From an uncultured Acidobacteriota bacterium (GTDB lineage Bacteria; Actinomycetota; Acidimicrobiia; Spongiisociales; ZC4RG35), in assembly GCA_963837055.1 (NCBI GenBank), contig CAWILU010000003.1:2563-66562 (forward strand): a stretch of DNA of 64,000 nt. Reading direction: 5' to 3'. Of this stretch, positions 21,794 to 32,516 are shown piece by piece (positions within the stretch are counted from its first letter, which is position 1; every line of letters begins with the position of its first letter). The position numbers were made by a program, and so were the translations under genes. Below the pieces are notes generated by a model. That model was given only the letters and a program-made list of their open reading frames with translations, ran no database searches and was not told where the DNA came from.

Positions 21794-22990
21794 ATGGAAG
21801 ACCGAGTAAGGATTTTCGACAGCACACTCAGAGACGGCGAACAGGCCCCGGGCATCGCCCTCGACCCCGACCAGAAGGTGGCGATCGCGACCCAACTGGC
21901 CCGTTTGGGGGTCGACATCATCGAGGCCGGGTTCCCCATCTCCTCGCCGGGTGACTTCCGGGCCGTGACCCGGATCGCCCAAGAGGTCCAGGGACCGACG
22001 ATCGCCGCTTTGGCACGGGCCCAGGCCCAGGACGTGGATAGGGCCTGGGAGGCGATCCGTGACGCTGCCGATCCTCGCATCCATGTCTTCCTGGCCACAT
22101 CGCCGATCCATATGCAGCACAAGCTGCGGATGAACGAGGAGGAGGTGATCACTACAGTCAAGGCGAACGTCGCCCGGGCGCGCGATCACACCGAAAATGT
22201 CGAGTACTCCCCCGAGGACGCCACCAGGTCGGACACGGATTTCGTCATCGCCGTCTGTCGGGCCGCCGTCGATGCAGGCGCCACCACGATCAACATCCCC
22301 GACACGGTGGGATACGCGACTCCCGCCGACTACGGAGCCTTGATCAGCCGGGTCGTCCAGGAGGTGAAGGGGACCCGGGACGACATCGTCGTCTCAGCCC
22401 ACTGTCACAACGACCTGGGTCTGGCTGTGGCCAACTCGCTGGCAGCGGTCGCCGCCGGCGCCCGTCAGGTCGAGGGAGCGATCAACGGGATCGGCGAGCG
22501 CGCCGGCAACACCTCGATCGAGGAAGTGGTGATGGCGTTGCGCGTACGCGCCGACGCCTATGGCGTCGGCGTCGGGGTCACCACGGAGGAGATCTACGAG
22601 ACATCGCGGCTGGTCTCAGAGCAGACCGGCTACCCCGTCCAGTACAACAAGGCGGTCGTCGGACGCAATGCCTTCGCTCATGAGTCGGGCATCCATCAGC
22701 ACGGTGTGCTCAGGGAGCGAACCACATACGAGATAATGGACCCGGTGGCCGTGGGAATGGGCAACTCTGTGATCGTGATCGGCAAGCACTCCGGCCGCGC
22801 CGCCTTCAAGCACTCATTGGACGAGCTCGGCATCGAGGTGACGGACAACGTATTCGAGACGGCCTTCACGCGGATGAAGGATGTGGCCGACACTTCCGGC
22901 GAAGTATCCCCGGATCAGATCCGGGCGATCGTCGAGGATGTGGTCTCCGGGATGGAGGTTCTGGACGGGGTCACGGCCTCGTTCGAATGA
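21794..22990 (+). CDS. leuA: 2-isopropylmalate synthase, short form without C-terminal regulatory domain
   Basis: [43 protein letters not shown]; 398 aa. Confidence 0.93.
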   Translation: MEDRVRIFDSTLRDGEQAPGIALDPDQKVAIATQLARLGVDIIEAGFPISSPGDFRAVTRIAQEVQGPTIAALARAQAQDVDRAWEAIRDAADPRIHVFLATSPIHMQHKLRMNEEEVITTVKANVARARDHTENVEYSPEDATRSDTDFVIAVCRAAVDAGATTINIPDTVGYATPADYGALISRVVQEVKGTRDDIVVSAHCHNDLGLAVANSLAAVAAGARQVEGAINGIGERAGNTSIEEVVMALRVRADAYGVGVGVTTEEIYETSRLVSEQTGYPVQYNKAVVGRNAFAHESGIHQHGVLRERTTYEIMDPVAVGMGNSVIVIGKHSGRAAFKHSLDELGIEVTDNVFETAFTRMKDVADTSGEVSPDQIRAIVEDVVSGMEVLDGVTASFE

Positions 22991-24066
22991 GCAGCTATTC
23001 CATCGCGAAGGTCCCCGGCGACGGGACAGGGCCCGAGGTGATCGCCGAGGCCGTGAAAGTCCTGGACGTGGCCGGCCGTGTCCACGACTTCGAGGTCGAA
23101 TACAACGACCTGGATCTCGGCGGCGAGCGATACCTACGGACTAGTGAGACGCTCACCGGTGCGGACTTACAAGCGCTGGGAACGGCAGACGGCATCCTCT
23201 TCGGCGCCGTGGGTCATCCCCGGGTCCCTCCCGGAGTGCTCGAGCAGGACATCCTGTTGCGGATGCGTCGCGAGCTGGACCAATTCATCAATCTCAGGCC
23301 GGTCAAACTGCATCCCGGGGTGAAAGGACCGCTCCGCGACGTCAAGCCGGAAGACGTCGATTTCGTCGTGGTGAGGGAGAACAGCGAAGGCCTGTATGCC
23401 GGTCAGGGTGAGTTCACCGCCAAGGGCTCACCTTTCGAAGTCGCAGTGCAACTGTCGGTGAACAGCAGGTTCGCGGTGGAACGCTGTATCCGCTATGCCT
23501 TCGACCTGGCCTCGGCGCGGCCGAGGCGGCATTTGACCCTATGTGGCAAGACGAATGTGCTCACCTACGCCTGGGATCTGTGGTGGAGGGTCTTCGAAGA
23601 GGTCGGTGCCGAGTATCCCCACGTCGAGACGGCCTACGCCCATGTCGATGCCGCCTGCCTCTGGATGGTCGAGGACCCGGGCCGGTTCGACGTCATCGTT
23701 ACCGACAACATGTTCGGCGACATCATCACCGACCTCGCCGCCGCCATCCAGGGAGGTCTCGGGATCGCCGCGGGCGCGAACATCAATCCCAATGGTGTCT
23801 CCATGTTCGAGCCGATCGGGGGCACCGCTCCAGGGTTCGAAGGAAAGGGCTTGATCAACCCGCTGGCGGCCATCGGAGCCGTAGGCATGATGCTGCGGGT
23901 CCTCGGTGAGGTCGAGGCCGCCGTCGCTGTCGAGATCGCGGTCGGTGAAGTGGCGGGGTCCCTCCCCTCGCTCCGCGCCGGTGAGATGGGAATCAGCACC
24001 TCGGAGGTCGGCGATCGCGTCGCAGCTCTGGTAGCCGAGCCGGAGAAGGCCGGAGCGCGGGCATGA
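22987..24066 (+). CDS. leuB: 3-isopropylmalate dehydrogenase
   Basis: [34 protein letters not shown]; operon context. Confidence 0.93.
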   Translation: MSSYSIAKVPGDGTGPEVIAEAVKVLDVAGRVHDFEVEYNDLDLGGERYLRTSETLTGADLQALGTADGILFGAVGHPRVPPGVLEQDILLRMRRELDQFINLRPVKLHPGVKGPLRDVKPEDVDFVVVRENSEGLYAGQGEFTAKGSPFEVAVQLSVNSRFAVERCIRYAFDLASARPRRHLTLCGKTNVLTYAWDLWWRVFEEVGAEYPHVETAYAHVDAACLWMVEDPGRFDVIVTDNMFGDIITDLAAAIQGGLGIAAGANINPNGVSMFEPIGGTAPGFEGKGLINPLAAIGAVGMMLRVLGEVEAAVAVEIAVGEVAGSLPSLRAGEMGISTSEVGDRVAALVAEPEKAGARA

Positions 24067-25469
24067 CCGCACCACGCACACTCTTCGAGAAGGTGTGGGA
24101 CAGCCATGTTGTAATCGACTCCGACCCGACGCTGCTCTACGTCGATCTCCACCTGGTCCACGAGGTCACGTCACCCCAGGCATTCGCCGGCCTCAACGCC
24201 GCGTCCCGAAAGGTGCGACGCCCCGATCTGACCGTCGCCACCGTCGATCACGGCATACCTACAACCGGGCGCTCGCTCGGGATCCGGGACCCCCTCTCCA
24301 AGCGTCAGATCGATGCCCTCCTCCAGAATTGCGCGGAGCACGGCATCACCATGTTCGGCCTCGACGACCCTCGTCAGGGCATCGTGCACGTCGTGGGCCC
24401 TGAGCAAGGGCTCACCCAGCCGGGGCTGCTCGTCGTTTGCGGAGACAGCCACACCTCGACCCACGGCGCCTTCGGTGCCCTGGCTTTCGGGATCGGCACC
24501 ACCGAAGTCGAGCACGTCCTGGCGACCCAGACCATCTGGCAGGCGCGGCCAAGGACCATGTCGGTCGAGGTAGAAGGTGCCCTTCCCTGGGGTGTCGCCG
24601 CCAAGGACCTGATCCTCGGGATCATCGCCAAGATCGGCGTGTCCGGCGGCACGCGTCACGTCATCGAGTACCGGGGACAGGCCATCCACGATCTGAGCAT
24701 GGAGCAGCGAATGACGATCTGCAACATGTCGATCGAGGGTGGCGCCCGGGCCGGAATGATCGCACCCGACGAGACGACCATCCGCTACATCGAGGGCCGG
24801 CCCTTCGCTCCAAAAGGCACCCGATGGGACGAAGCCGTGGCGGCCTGGGAGGCGCTGGTCACAGATCCCGATGCTGTCTTCGACAAGGTCGAGACCCTCG
24901 ACGCGTCGAGTCTCGTTCCGCACGTGAGTTGGGGGGTCAATCCCGCCCAGACGGTGCCTGTCACCGGCCAGGTGCCGTCTCCTGACTCCTATGACGACCC
25001 GCAACAGCGGGACGCAGCAGCCCGCGCTCTCGAGTACATGGCGCTGAGGCCGGGCACGCCGATCCTCGACATCGCTATCGATCATGTCTTCCTCGGCTCC
25101 TGCACCAACGGGAGGATCGAGGACCTTCGGGCGGCGGCCAAGGTGGTGGAAGGGCGAAAGGTCGACTCCCGGGTGAGCGCCGTAGTCGTTCCGGGATCGA
25201 TGCAGGTCAAGGCCCAGGCCGAGGCCGAGGGTCTCGACGATGTGTTCGAGGCGGCCGGCTTCTCCTGGCGCGACGCGGGCTGCTCGAGTTGTCTTGCCAT
25301 GAACCCCGACGTGATCCCTTCCGGCGAGCGGTGCGCCTCGACTTCGAACCGGAACTACGAAGGGCGCCAGGGCCGGGGGGCGAGAACTCACCTGGTCAGT
25401 CCCGCAATGGCCGCAGCCGCAGCGGTAGCGGGCCACTTCGTGGACGTGAGGGAATGGGAAGAGTCATGA
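24063..25469 (+). CDS. leuC: 3-isopropylmalate dehydratase large subunit
   Basis: [36 protein letters not shown]. Confidence 0.97.
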   Translation: MTAPRTLFEKVWDSHVVIDSDPTLLYVDLHLVHEVTSPQAFAGLNAASRKVRRPDLTVATVDHGIPTTGRSLGIRDPLSKRQIDALLQNCAEHGITMFGLDDPRQGIVHVVGPEQGLTQPGLLVVCGDSHTSTHGAFGALAFGIGTTEVEHVLATQTIWQARPRTMSVEVEGALPWGVAAKDLILGIIAKIGVSGGTRHVIEYRGQAIHDLSMEQRMTICNMSIEGGARAGMIAPDETTIRYIEGRPFAPKGTRWDEAVAAWEALVTDPDAVFDKVETLDASSLVPHVSWGVNPAQTVPVTGQVPSPDSYDDPQQRDAAARALEYMALRPGTPILDIAIDHVFLGSCTNGRIEDLRAAAKVVEGRKVDSRVSAVVVPGSMQVKAQAEAEGLDDVFEAAGFSWRDAGCSSCLAMNPDVIPSGERCASTSNRNYEGRQGRGARTHLVSPAMAAAAAVAGHFVDVREWEES

Positions 25470-26080
25470 AGCCGGTCACCAAGATCCGCGGGACGATGCT
25501 CCCCCTCGACCGAGCCGACGTCGACACGGACCAGATCATCCCCCAGCAGTTCCTGAAACGGATCGAGCGCGATGGCTACGGCGAGTTCCTCTTCTACAAC
25601 TGGGCCCACACCGACGACGGGACCCCTAGCTCGGACTTCATCATCAACGACCCCACCCGGCGTGGTGCCAAGGTGCTGGTCGCAGGTCCTAACTTCGGGT
25701 GCGGCTCATCGCGTGAGCATGCCCCGTGGGCCATCCAACAGTGGGGATTTGACGCGGTGATCACCCAGTCGGCCGCCGATATCTTCCGCAACAACTCCAG
25801 CTACGTCGGTTTGCTCGTGGTCGAACTACCCCAACAGGCGGTCGCCCGTCTCATGGAGCTGGCCGCCGACCCCTCGGCGGAGGTGACCATCGACCTGGAT
25901 AGCCAGACAGTCAGCGCCGAAGGTCTCGAAGAGCACTTCTCCTTCGACCCCACAGCCAAAGATCGGCTGCTGCGAGGTCTCGACGGGATAGGGGTCACCC
26001 TGACCCACGACGACGTCATCGGTGCCCATGAGGACGCTCGACCGTCCTGGTTGCCCACGACGGTGGAAGCCGCCTCGTAG
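25466..26080 (+). CDS. leuD: 3-isopropylmalate dehydratase small subunit
   Basis: [23 protein letters not shown]. Confidence 0.97.
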   Translation: MKPVTKIRGTMLPLDRADVDTDQIIPQQFLKRIERDGYGEFLFYNWAHTDDGTPSSDFIINDPTRRGAKVLVAGPNFGCGSSREHAPWAIQQWGFDAVITQSAADIFRNNSSYVGLLVVELPQQAVARLMELAADPSAEVTIDLDSQTVSAEGLEEHFSFDPTAKDRLLRGLDGIGVTLTHDDVIGAHEDARPSWLPTTVEAAS

Positions 26081-26093
26081 CTACCGGGCGTGA

Positions 26094-28127
26094 TCAGCCC
26101 CCGAAGCCCAAAGCCACCATCAGATCGTGAAACTGGTCCAAACGTAGTGACTGGGGGCCGTCGCTCAGCGCGTTCTCCGGATCGGGGTGGATTTCGACCA
26201 TGACCCCGTGCGCACCGATGGCCTGAGCAGCCAGCGCCAAGGGGGCAACCAGGTCACGGTCCCCGGCCGCATGGGAAGGGTCGACGATGACGGGGAGATG
26301 GGTCCGTTGCCGGAGTACCGGCACCGCACTCAAGTCCAGTGTGTTGCGGGTCGACGTCTCGAAGGTCCTGATCCCCCGCTCGCAGAGAAACACCTGCTGA
26401 TTCCCTTCCGAGAGGATGTACTCGGCCGCCTGCAAGAGCTCGTCGAGCGATGAGCTCATTCCCCGCTTCAGCATCACCGGACGATGTGCCCGTCCGGCTG
26501 CGGACAGCAGCGAGAAGTTCTGCATGTTGCGGGTGCCGATCTGGAGGATGTCGGCCTTGCGGGCGACCCCCTCCACGTCCTCAGGCGCCACAACTTCGGT
26601 GACCACGGGCAGCCCGTATGCCTTGCCTGCCTCGACCAGCATCTCGAGACCTTCATAACCAAGTCCCTGGAAGGAGTATGGGGACGTCCTCGGCTTGAAA
26701 CAGCCGCCTCGCAAGATGGAGCCGCCGCTCTCCTTGACCGCCTTGGCGGTTGTCATCACCTGGTCCCATGACTCGACTGCGCATGGCCCGGCGATCATCA
26801 CCAGGTCATCTCCACCGATCTTGACGCCGGCGACCTCGACGATCGTGTTCTGCTCCTTGTGACCGCGGCTCCCCAATTTGTAGCCCTTGGGGCTGGATGC
26901 GCTCGGCGCAAGGTCCGTGAGGGTGGAGCGGCCCTGGGGCACGACCTTCTTCGGTTTGCGCTCGATCGGCTTGGGGCGAAGATCACGGCTGGGATAGCTC
27001 CCCAGGACGCGAAGGAAGCGGACCTGACGCATCAAGGTCTCGAGGACCCCCTGCACCACGGGATCGGAGAGACTGCCGTCGAAGTCGAGGTAGAACAGCT
27101 CCTCTCTCGGGTTGTTGGGGATGGGCCGGGACTCGAGCATCACGAGGTTGATGTCGGCGTCGTGGAACACGGCAAGGGCATCCATCAGGGCACCGGGGTG
27201 GTTGCCCACGGCCATGACGATCGAGGTCTTGGTCGAGATCCCGTCGGGAACCTCCGCCGGCTCGGCAGCCACGACGATGAACCGGGTGAAGTTCTCATCC
27301 CGGTTGGCGATGCCCGTCTTGAGCACATCGAGATCGAACAGGCGGGCCGCCTCCTCGGAGGCGATGGCAGCGACCGTCGGATCGCCCAGGTCCCGAATCT
27401 TCTGCCCGGAGAGCGCGGTATCGGAGAAATAGACGACCTCGCAGTGATCGAGTTGTGCCAGGAACTCGGAGCACTGGGCCACCGCTTGGGGATGGCAGTA
27501 GATACGCCGCAGCTCCGAGATCGAGGCCCCTTCTACGCCCAGCAGGCAGTGCCGGATGCGGAAACGGACGTCACCGACGAAATGAAGACGGCTCTCCAAC
27601 AACAGGTCATAGACCTCGGAGATGGCTCCTGAGGTGGTGTTCTCGATGGGGAGCACCGCCACATCCGCCTCCTCGCGCTGCACCGCGGCGATCGCAGCCG
27701 CGAAGCTCGGGGCCCGGAGGTAGTTGACCGACATCCCCTTGTGATCGAAGTACTGCTGGGAGGCGAGCTGGCTGTAAGAGCCCTCGATTCCCTGAATAGC
27801 GACGGTCATCGCTCGCAGGGGCTTCTCCGCCCGTCCCAGGAACTCCTGCTGGATCCGCACCGAATCGTTGACGATCTCCCGCCACACGCGATTCACCAGA
27901 CCGGAGTCGAGGTCGTGCTCCATCCCCGCAGCGATCCGGTCTGAGATGAGGCCTTCCTCCCGGGATTGGTCACGGGAGGGGCGATCATGGATCCCCTTCT
28001 CCTTGGCGATGCGCAGACTGTGCGCCTTGCGCTCGGCGAGCAGCTTGAGGATGTCGGCGTCGATCCGGTCGATGTCGTCCCGGATCTGAGCTATGTCGTC
28101 GGTGTTCGGATCTGACTTGTCATTCAT
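26094..28127 (-). CDS. Fused chorismate mutase / prephenate dehydratase / ACT / DAHP synthase (type I-beta)
   Basis: Aro[20 protein letters not shown]...[54 protein letters not shown] in one 677-aa frame. Confidence 0.93.
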   Translation of the reverse strand: MNDKSDPNTDDIAQIRDDIDRIDADILKLLAERKAHSLRIAKEKGIHDRPSRDQSREEGLISDRIAAGMEHDLDSGLVNRVWREIVNDSVRIQQEFLGRAEKPLRAMTVAIQGIEGSYSQLASQQYFDHKGMSVNYLRAPSFAAAIAAVQREEADVAVLPIENTTSGAISEVYDLLLESRLHFVGDVRFRIRHCLLGVEGASISELRRIYCHPQAVAQCSEFLAQLDHCEVVYFSDTALSGQKIRDLGDPTVAAIASEEAARLFDLDVLKTGIANRDENFTRFIVVAAEPAEVPDGISTKTSIVMAVGNHPGALMDALAVFHDADINLVMLESRPIPNNPREELFYLDFDGSLSDPVVQGVLETLMRQVRFLRVLGSYPSRDLRPKPIERKPKKVVPQGRSTLTDLAPSASSPKGYKLGSRGHKEQNTIVEVAGVKIGGDDLVMIAGPCAVESWDQVMTTAKAVKESGGSILRGGCFKPRTSPYSFQGLGYEGLEMLVEAGKAYGLPVVTEVVAPEDVEGVARKADILQIGTRNMQNFSLLSAAGRAHRPVMLKRGMSSSLDELLQAAEYILSEGNQQVFLCERGIRTFETSTRNTLDLSAVPVLRQRTHLPVIVDPSHAAGDRDLVAPLALAAQAIGAHGVMVEIHPDPENALSDGPQSLRLDQFHDLMVALGFGG

Positions 28128-28196
28128 GTCGGTTCGCCTCGGCGCGTCTGAGCGGTGGATGGGTGGGGAGTAACGCGGGGGTGGGGTGAATCGGCG

Positions 28197-28271
28197 CTAG
28201 GCGCCGAAATAGACGAACCCGAAGAAGCGCCGCGAGATGGCGCCGGTGAGACGGGATGGGCTCGTCGTCAT
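28197..28271 (-). CDS. Phe/Tyr leader peptide MTTSPSRLTGAISRRFFGFVYFGA
   Basis: 24 codons with an FFGFVYF cluster, between the promoter and the CM-PDT-DAHPS gene. Confidence 0.85.
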   Translation of the reverse strand: MTTSPSRLTGAISRRFFGFVYFGA

Positions 28272-28280
28272 CTGAGCCGG

Positions 28281-28310
28281 ATTATCCGCTCCACCCCGTC
28301 GACATGTCAA
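28281..28310 (-). promoter_or_regulatory. SigA-type promoter of the phe leader
   Basis: TTGACA (28310-28305), 18 bp, GATAAT (28286-28281); 9 nt before the leader ATG. Confidence 0.7.
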
Positions 28311-28326
28311 GAGCTAAGTTCGATCG

Positions 28327-28515
28327 ATGCGGGACTTGAGCAGGGCAATCGGCATCATCCTCGGGATCGTCGGTGTCATCTGGATCCTTCAGGGCCTCGA
28401 CTTCAAGATCGCACCACAGAGTTTCATGACCGGCGATCGGACTTGGGTGGCGCTAGGCGTGCTTGCGGTGCTCGTCGGCGGAGCCATGCTCTGGAAAGGG
28501 AAATCGAGGAAGTAG
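28327..28515 (+). CDS. Small two-TM membrane protein
   Basis: 62 aa, WILQG...SFMTG...W; TAAGTT -10-like box just upstream suggests leaderless mRNA. Confidence 0.7.
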   Translation: MRDLSRAIGIILGIVGVIWILQGLDFKIAPQSFMTGDRTWVALGVLAVLVGGAMLWKGKSRK

Positions 28516-28538
28516 CGAGTTCCCGACCGGTGGCTGGG

Positions 28539-28736
28539 TCAGGCCACTCCGGTATTGGACATTACGACGCCGACGGCCACCACCAGCGCGGCTACGCCTG
28601 CCGCTGACAGAACCGTGAGCCAGAACACCGGCCGGCCATCACGCCTTCTCTTCATGATCCAATCGGTCATCGCCCAAGACAGATGGGCTCCGAAAATCGA
28701 AGAAAGCGCTCCAAGCGCCAGGTGCATCGCGGTCAT
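28539..28736 (-). CDS. Small hypothetical membrane protein
   Basis: 65 aa, two hydrophobic segments separated by a basic loop. Confidence 0.5.
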   Translation of the reverse strand: MTAMHLALGALSSIFGAHLSWAMTDWIMKRRRDGRPVFWLTVLSAAGVAALVVAVGVVMSNTGVA

Positions 28737-28911
28737 CAGTCGAAATCCTCTGGTCGATTGGCCGTTCCCCTACAGAACGGCATCTGGCGACGACGGGAAG
28801 CAAAACGAGAAGCGCCCCACCGCTAGAGAAACATCGTCGCCGGCAGCTTCCGGGTTGAGCGATGCGAATTGCGGTTTCGTGATTAGGGCCGGAGGACCCA
28901 GCCCGCCATGG

Positions 28912-30078
28912 TCAGAAGCAGACCGCGGCCACCGCATTGTACGGATTGACCGCACCCGACCCGCGGCCCCCGGGGTGGATCTCGAAATGAAGATGCGGCG
29001 CTCCACCAGAGGCGTTCCCTGTGTTGCCGTTGTAGGCGATCAGGTCACCCTGGCCCACTTGGGCTCCGTCCCCAACTGCGTAACCACCCAGGTGTGCGTA
29101 GTAGAACGACCCTGACCCGGTCGACAGCCAGATCGTCTGGCCCCCCAAACCGCTATGCCTGATGCTGACGGTGCCGCTCGCCACGGCGTAGATCGGCTCA
29201 TCGAAGGGGGCGAACATGTCGGTGCCTTTGTGAGCCCTGCCTCCAGAGCGCGCGGCACCCCATGAGTTGCTGAAATGGGTGCGGCCACGGGCGAAGGGGC
29301 AGATGATCCCGCCGATGATCGGTCCCGTGGAGCCTCCGCCCGAGGAGCCGCCGCCTCGGGGGGCATTGGCTTCGGCCGCCCTCTGCCGTTCCTCGGCCTG
29401 ACGCCGTGCCTCCGCTTCGGCCCGGAGACGGGCCTGCTCGGCCTCGTATTCGGCCTGCAGCTCCTTGCAACGACCGCTCAATTGGTCGTAGGCCCCGAGC
29501 GCACTCGTCATAGCGGCCTCTTGTTGGGCGGTCTGCTCCTGTTGCACATCTCGGGCTGCCGTCAGCTGTTCAACCGCGGCTGCGAGGTCGATGCCGAGCC
29601 GGTCCAACTCGGAGGCGACCGCGGCCAGGTCGTTTACCGATTGCAGGTTCTCATCGGCGGACGCTCTGAGGAACTCGTAGGCAGTCAAGGCCTCGGCGGG
29701 TGAGGACAGACTGACCATCCCCATCGACGGGCCGGATGCGGCCGACATGTACAGCTCGACCGCCTGATTTTCGACCTGCGAGGACAGGGCTGCCTTCTCG
29801 TCTTGGCGCGCCTGGTAGTCGTCTCGAATCCGTTGTTCCCGGTACTCGGCGTTGGACAGCTCGGCATTGGCTTCTTCCAGGGCCACTGCCGCTTCCTCGA
29901 AGTCGCCCCGAGCACTTCGGTAAACGTCGTAGGCCTCTTGCGAGTCAGCACAGGCTTCGTCGACGTCCGCCCTACTGATGCCGAGGGCCGTGCCAGGGAC
30001 GATGGTGGCGGTGAGTACGGCAGTAAGTGTGAGGAGAACCGCGATGCGTCTCGGCGTCGAATGGTCGTGGTTCAGCAT
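28912..30078 (-). CDS. Secreted coiled-coil M23 peptidoglycan endopeptidase
   Basis: Signal peptide, long coiled coil, [17 protein letters not shown]. Confidence 0.92.
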   Translation of the reverse strand: MLNHDHSTPRRIAVLLTLTAVLTATIVPGTALGISRADVDEACADSQEAYDVYRSARGDFEEAAVALEEANAELSNAEYREQRIRDDYQARQDEKAALSSQVENQAVELYMSAASGPSMGMVSLSSPAEALTAYEFLRASADENLQSVNDLAAVASELDRLGIDLAAAVEQLTAARDVQQEQTAQQEAAMTSALGAYDQLSGRCKELQAEYEAEQARLRAEAEARRQAEERQRAAEANAPRGGGSSGGGSTGPIIGGIICPFARGRTHFSNSWGAARSGGRAHKGTDMFAPFDEPIYAVASGTVSIRHSGLGGQTIWLSTGSGSFYYAHLGGYAVGDGAQVGQGDLIAYNGNTGNASGGAPHLHFEIHPGGRGSGAVNPYNAVAAVCF

Positions 30079-30407
30079 CTGTCTCGGGTTGGTCCCGAAT
30101 CCCGCTCTTGTCGATGACTCCGCATGAGTAGGGCCCCGCCGGAACGATCCTGTTTTCAGAATGTTGACCGCGCGGAGACGAAGACGCAGTTAAACAGATG
30201 CCGGCCGCTATCCATGGTTGGTCCGAGAATTAGAGAAGCCCCAACAAGTCAGAACCGAAGTTCGACCCGTCGGGGCTTCCGAGAGGAACCATACCCGATC
30301 AGTCGCCAAACCCCCGCAAGGTCGCGAAAATTATCTTTGGCCGGTTCGGCAGTGTCACAGCCTGGTCCAGCCCGTGGATCACGACCGCGGGTGTGTAGGT
30401 TGCCCCT

Positions 30408-30803
30408 GTGGCATTGGTAGAGGATCGCGTCGGTGTTACCGAGTCAGATCTCGAAGCCATCAACCAGGTGGCTCTGGACTATCTGGAGGGCTACGTCTCG
30501 GGTGATCCCGAAAGGCATCTCAGGTCCTATCACCCAGAGGCAATAAAACGCCGCTACTCCCTCGGCGCAGATGGGGTGGTCGGAATCATCACCCTGTCAC
30601 CGCAGATAATGGCTGATGATGCCGCGCTCCAAACCCCCAAGCAGGTCGAAGCTGAGATCATCATCGATGCGGTCTTCAATGACATCGCTTCAGTGCGGGT
30701 CTATTCGCCCTGGTGGGTGGACTTCCTCCATGTAGTCAAAGCGCGGGGCGAGTGGAAGCTGCTTCACGCCACGTGGTTTACCCGCGATGACTATGTGAAC
30801 TGA
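30408..30803 (+). CDS. NTF2-like (lumazine-binding_2-like) protein
   Basis: ALDYLEGY..GD, DIASVRV, VDFLHVVK..GEWKL. Confidence 0.75.
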   Translation: MALVEDRVGVTESDLEAINQVALDYLEGYVSGDPERHLRSYHPEAIKRRYSLGADGVVGIITLSPQIMADDAALQTPKQVEAEIIIDAVFNDIASVRVYSPWWVDFLHVVKARGEWKLLHATWFTRDDYVN

Positions 30804-30815
30804 CGGCCGGGCACC

Positions 30816-30980
30816 TCACCAATAGCCGGAAGGTGGCTCATAGTGGTCGTGGTCCTCGACGGCCCGCGGTCTCCTTCCGATTCCGACTGCGACAGCGATG
30901 CCGAGGGCGAGGAGAATCCAAAACCAATCCAAGATCCATGCCCAGACCAGCTGGAGGAAGGAGGCCACTTCTTCTATCAA
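30816..30980 (-). CDS. Small single-TM hypothetical protein (54 aa)
   Basis: Manual translation MIEEVASFLQLVWAWILDWFWILLALGIAVAVGIGRRPR... Confidence 0.45.
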   Translation of the reverse strand: MIEEVASFLQLVWAWILDWFWILLALGIAVAVGIGRRPRAVEDHDHYEPPSGYW

Positions 30981-31170
30981 CTGGCTTCGAACTCTAGGCG
31001 TCGCCGTCCAACGCGCCTCCGGTAGTTGATTCCGACGGCAGACGGGACGCTTGGCGAGACTCCGTCACCCGAAGGGTCTACCTGTTTCGCACCCCCAACA
31101 GCTGTCTCGCCTAGACAGGCCCATCAGAGACGAACTCGAATCCCGAGTTCGCGGGCTGCTCGCCGAATTG

Positions 31171-31532
31171 TTACCCGATCGGGTTCTTAGCTGACCGGCA
31201 CCACCGACTGGTCCCCCAGTATCGACCGGACGAAGTCGGCGCGTTCGGGGGCTATCTGGAACCAAGCCCACTTTCCACGCTGCTCCCTGGTGATCAACCC
31301 CGCTTTGGTCAATACCGAGAGGTGGTGGCTAATTGTTGCCTGAGTCCCGTCCTAAAGGCTGATTCAGATCGCAGGCACAGACCTCCCCTTCCGGAACACT
31401 GGCGATCACGCTTAACAGTCGGAGCCGAGTCGGATCCGCAAGCACCTTGAACCCATTGGCCATGGTCTCCGCATCCGTCGCCGTAAGTGACGAGGATGTC
31501 AGGGGGCCGCAGCATCCCATGTCGGAGGACAT
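31171..31532 (-). CDS. arsR: ArsR/SmtB regulator, frameshift near 31347
   Basis: GCCGPL, FKVLADPTRLRLL, EVCACDL, TISHHLSVL..AGLI.REQRGKW. Confidence 0.85.
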
Positions 31533-31548
31533 GCGAAACCACGCTAAC

Positions 31549-31613
31549 ACATTGAGACGCGTCGATACGATGTCCTAGCATTCCCTCGACATTTAGACGA
31601 TGATCGATACGAT
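31549..31613. promoter_or_regulatory. Two imperfect direct repeats, putative ArsR operators
   Basis: ACATTGAGACGCGTCGATACGAT (31549) and ACATTTAGACGATGATCGATACGAT (31589) between divergent arsR and arsM. Confidence 0.55.
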
Positions 31614-31627
31614 CAGGGAGGTCAAAG

Positions 31628-32382
31628 ATGGCGTCCGACGCTCAAGATGCGAGAGCAGGTCAGGGAGAGATACGCACGAGCCGCCAAGACCGGATCCTGC
31701 TGTGGTCCCGAATGCTGTGACCCCGACGAAACCCTCGAAGCTGATCTAACCGCAGGCACCTACAGCCAGGCCGAGATCTCCGTACTCCCTGCTGACGCGG
31801 TCGATGCGAGTCTCGGGTGCGGCAACCCGACTGCTGTTGCAGAGCTGTCCGAAGGCCAGACCGTCCTCGACTTGGGGTCGGGTGGGGGCATCGACGTGCT
31901 CCTCTCACGCCCACCGTGTGGGAGACGACCGGATTCGCCTACGGACTCGACATGACCGACGAGATGCTCGACCTGGCCAAGAAGAACGCGGCCGAGGCCG
32001 GAGTCACCAACGTCGAGTTCCTGAAGGGATACATCGAGGCCATTCCCCTCCCCAACAGCGTCGATCGACGTTGTCATCTCCAATTGCGTTGTCAACCTCT
32101 CCACCGACAAGCCGACCGTGTTCGATGAGATTCACAGAGTGCTCCGACCCGGTGGGAGGATCGGGATCAGCGACATCGTCGCCAACGACTCACCTCACCC
32201 CGACGAGCGAGCCGAACGAGGATCGTGGGTCGGCTGCATCGCCGGGGCCCTCTCCTACAGCGAATACCGAAACCTGCTCGGCGACCGCGGGCTTCAACGA
32301 GATCAGCCTCACTACTAGCCATCAGGCCACTGACGGGATGGATTCGGTCATCATTAGGGCCCAGAAACCGAGCGGCGGGTAG
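31628..32382 (+). CDS. arsM: Arsenite S-adenosylmethionine methyltransferase, frameshifted
   Basis: [54 protein letters not shown]. Confidence 0.9.
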
Positions 32383-32516
32383 TGTCGAATGATGAGCACG
32401 GGCACCCGACGCCGCCAGTCAGGGCACTTACCCGGCTACTCCATTTGCGACTCCGAGGATCCAGCGAGTCAACCAATCCGCTGACACGTTCGCCTCATCC
32501 CTCCCAAGGAGTCGCA

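Noticed and set aside
28755-28850. Hairpins between the M23 gene and the small membrane gene
   Set aside because: Short stems are expected by chance at this GC content; no further support.
30079-30400. c-di-AMP (ydaO) riboswitch before the M23 gene
   Set aside because: The conserved ydaO segments were not found on the minus strand.
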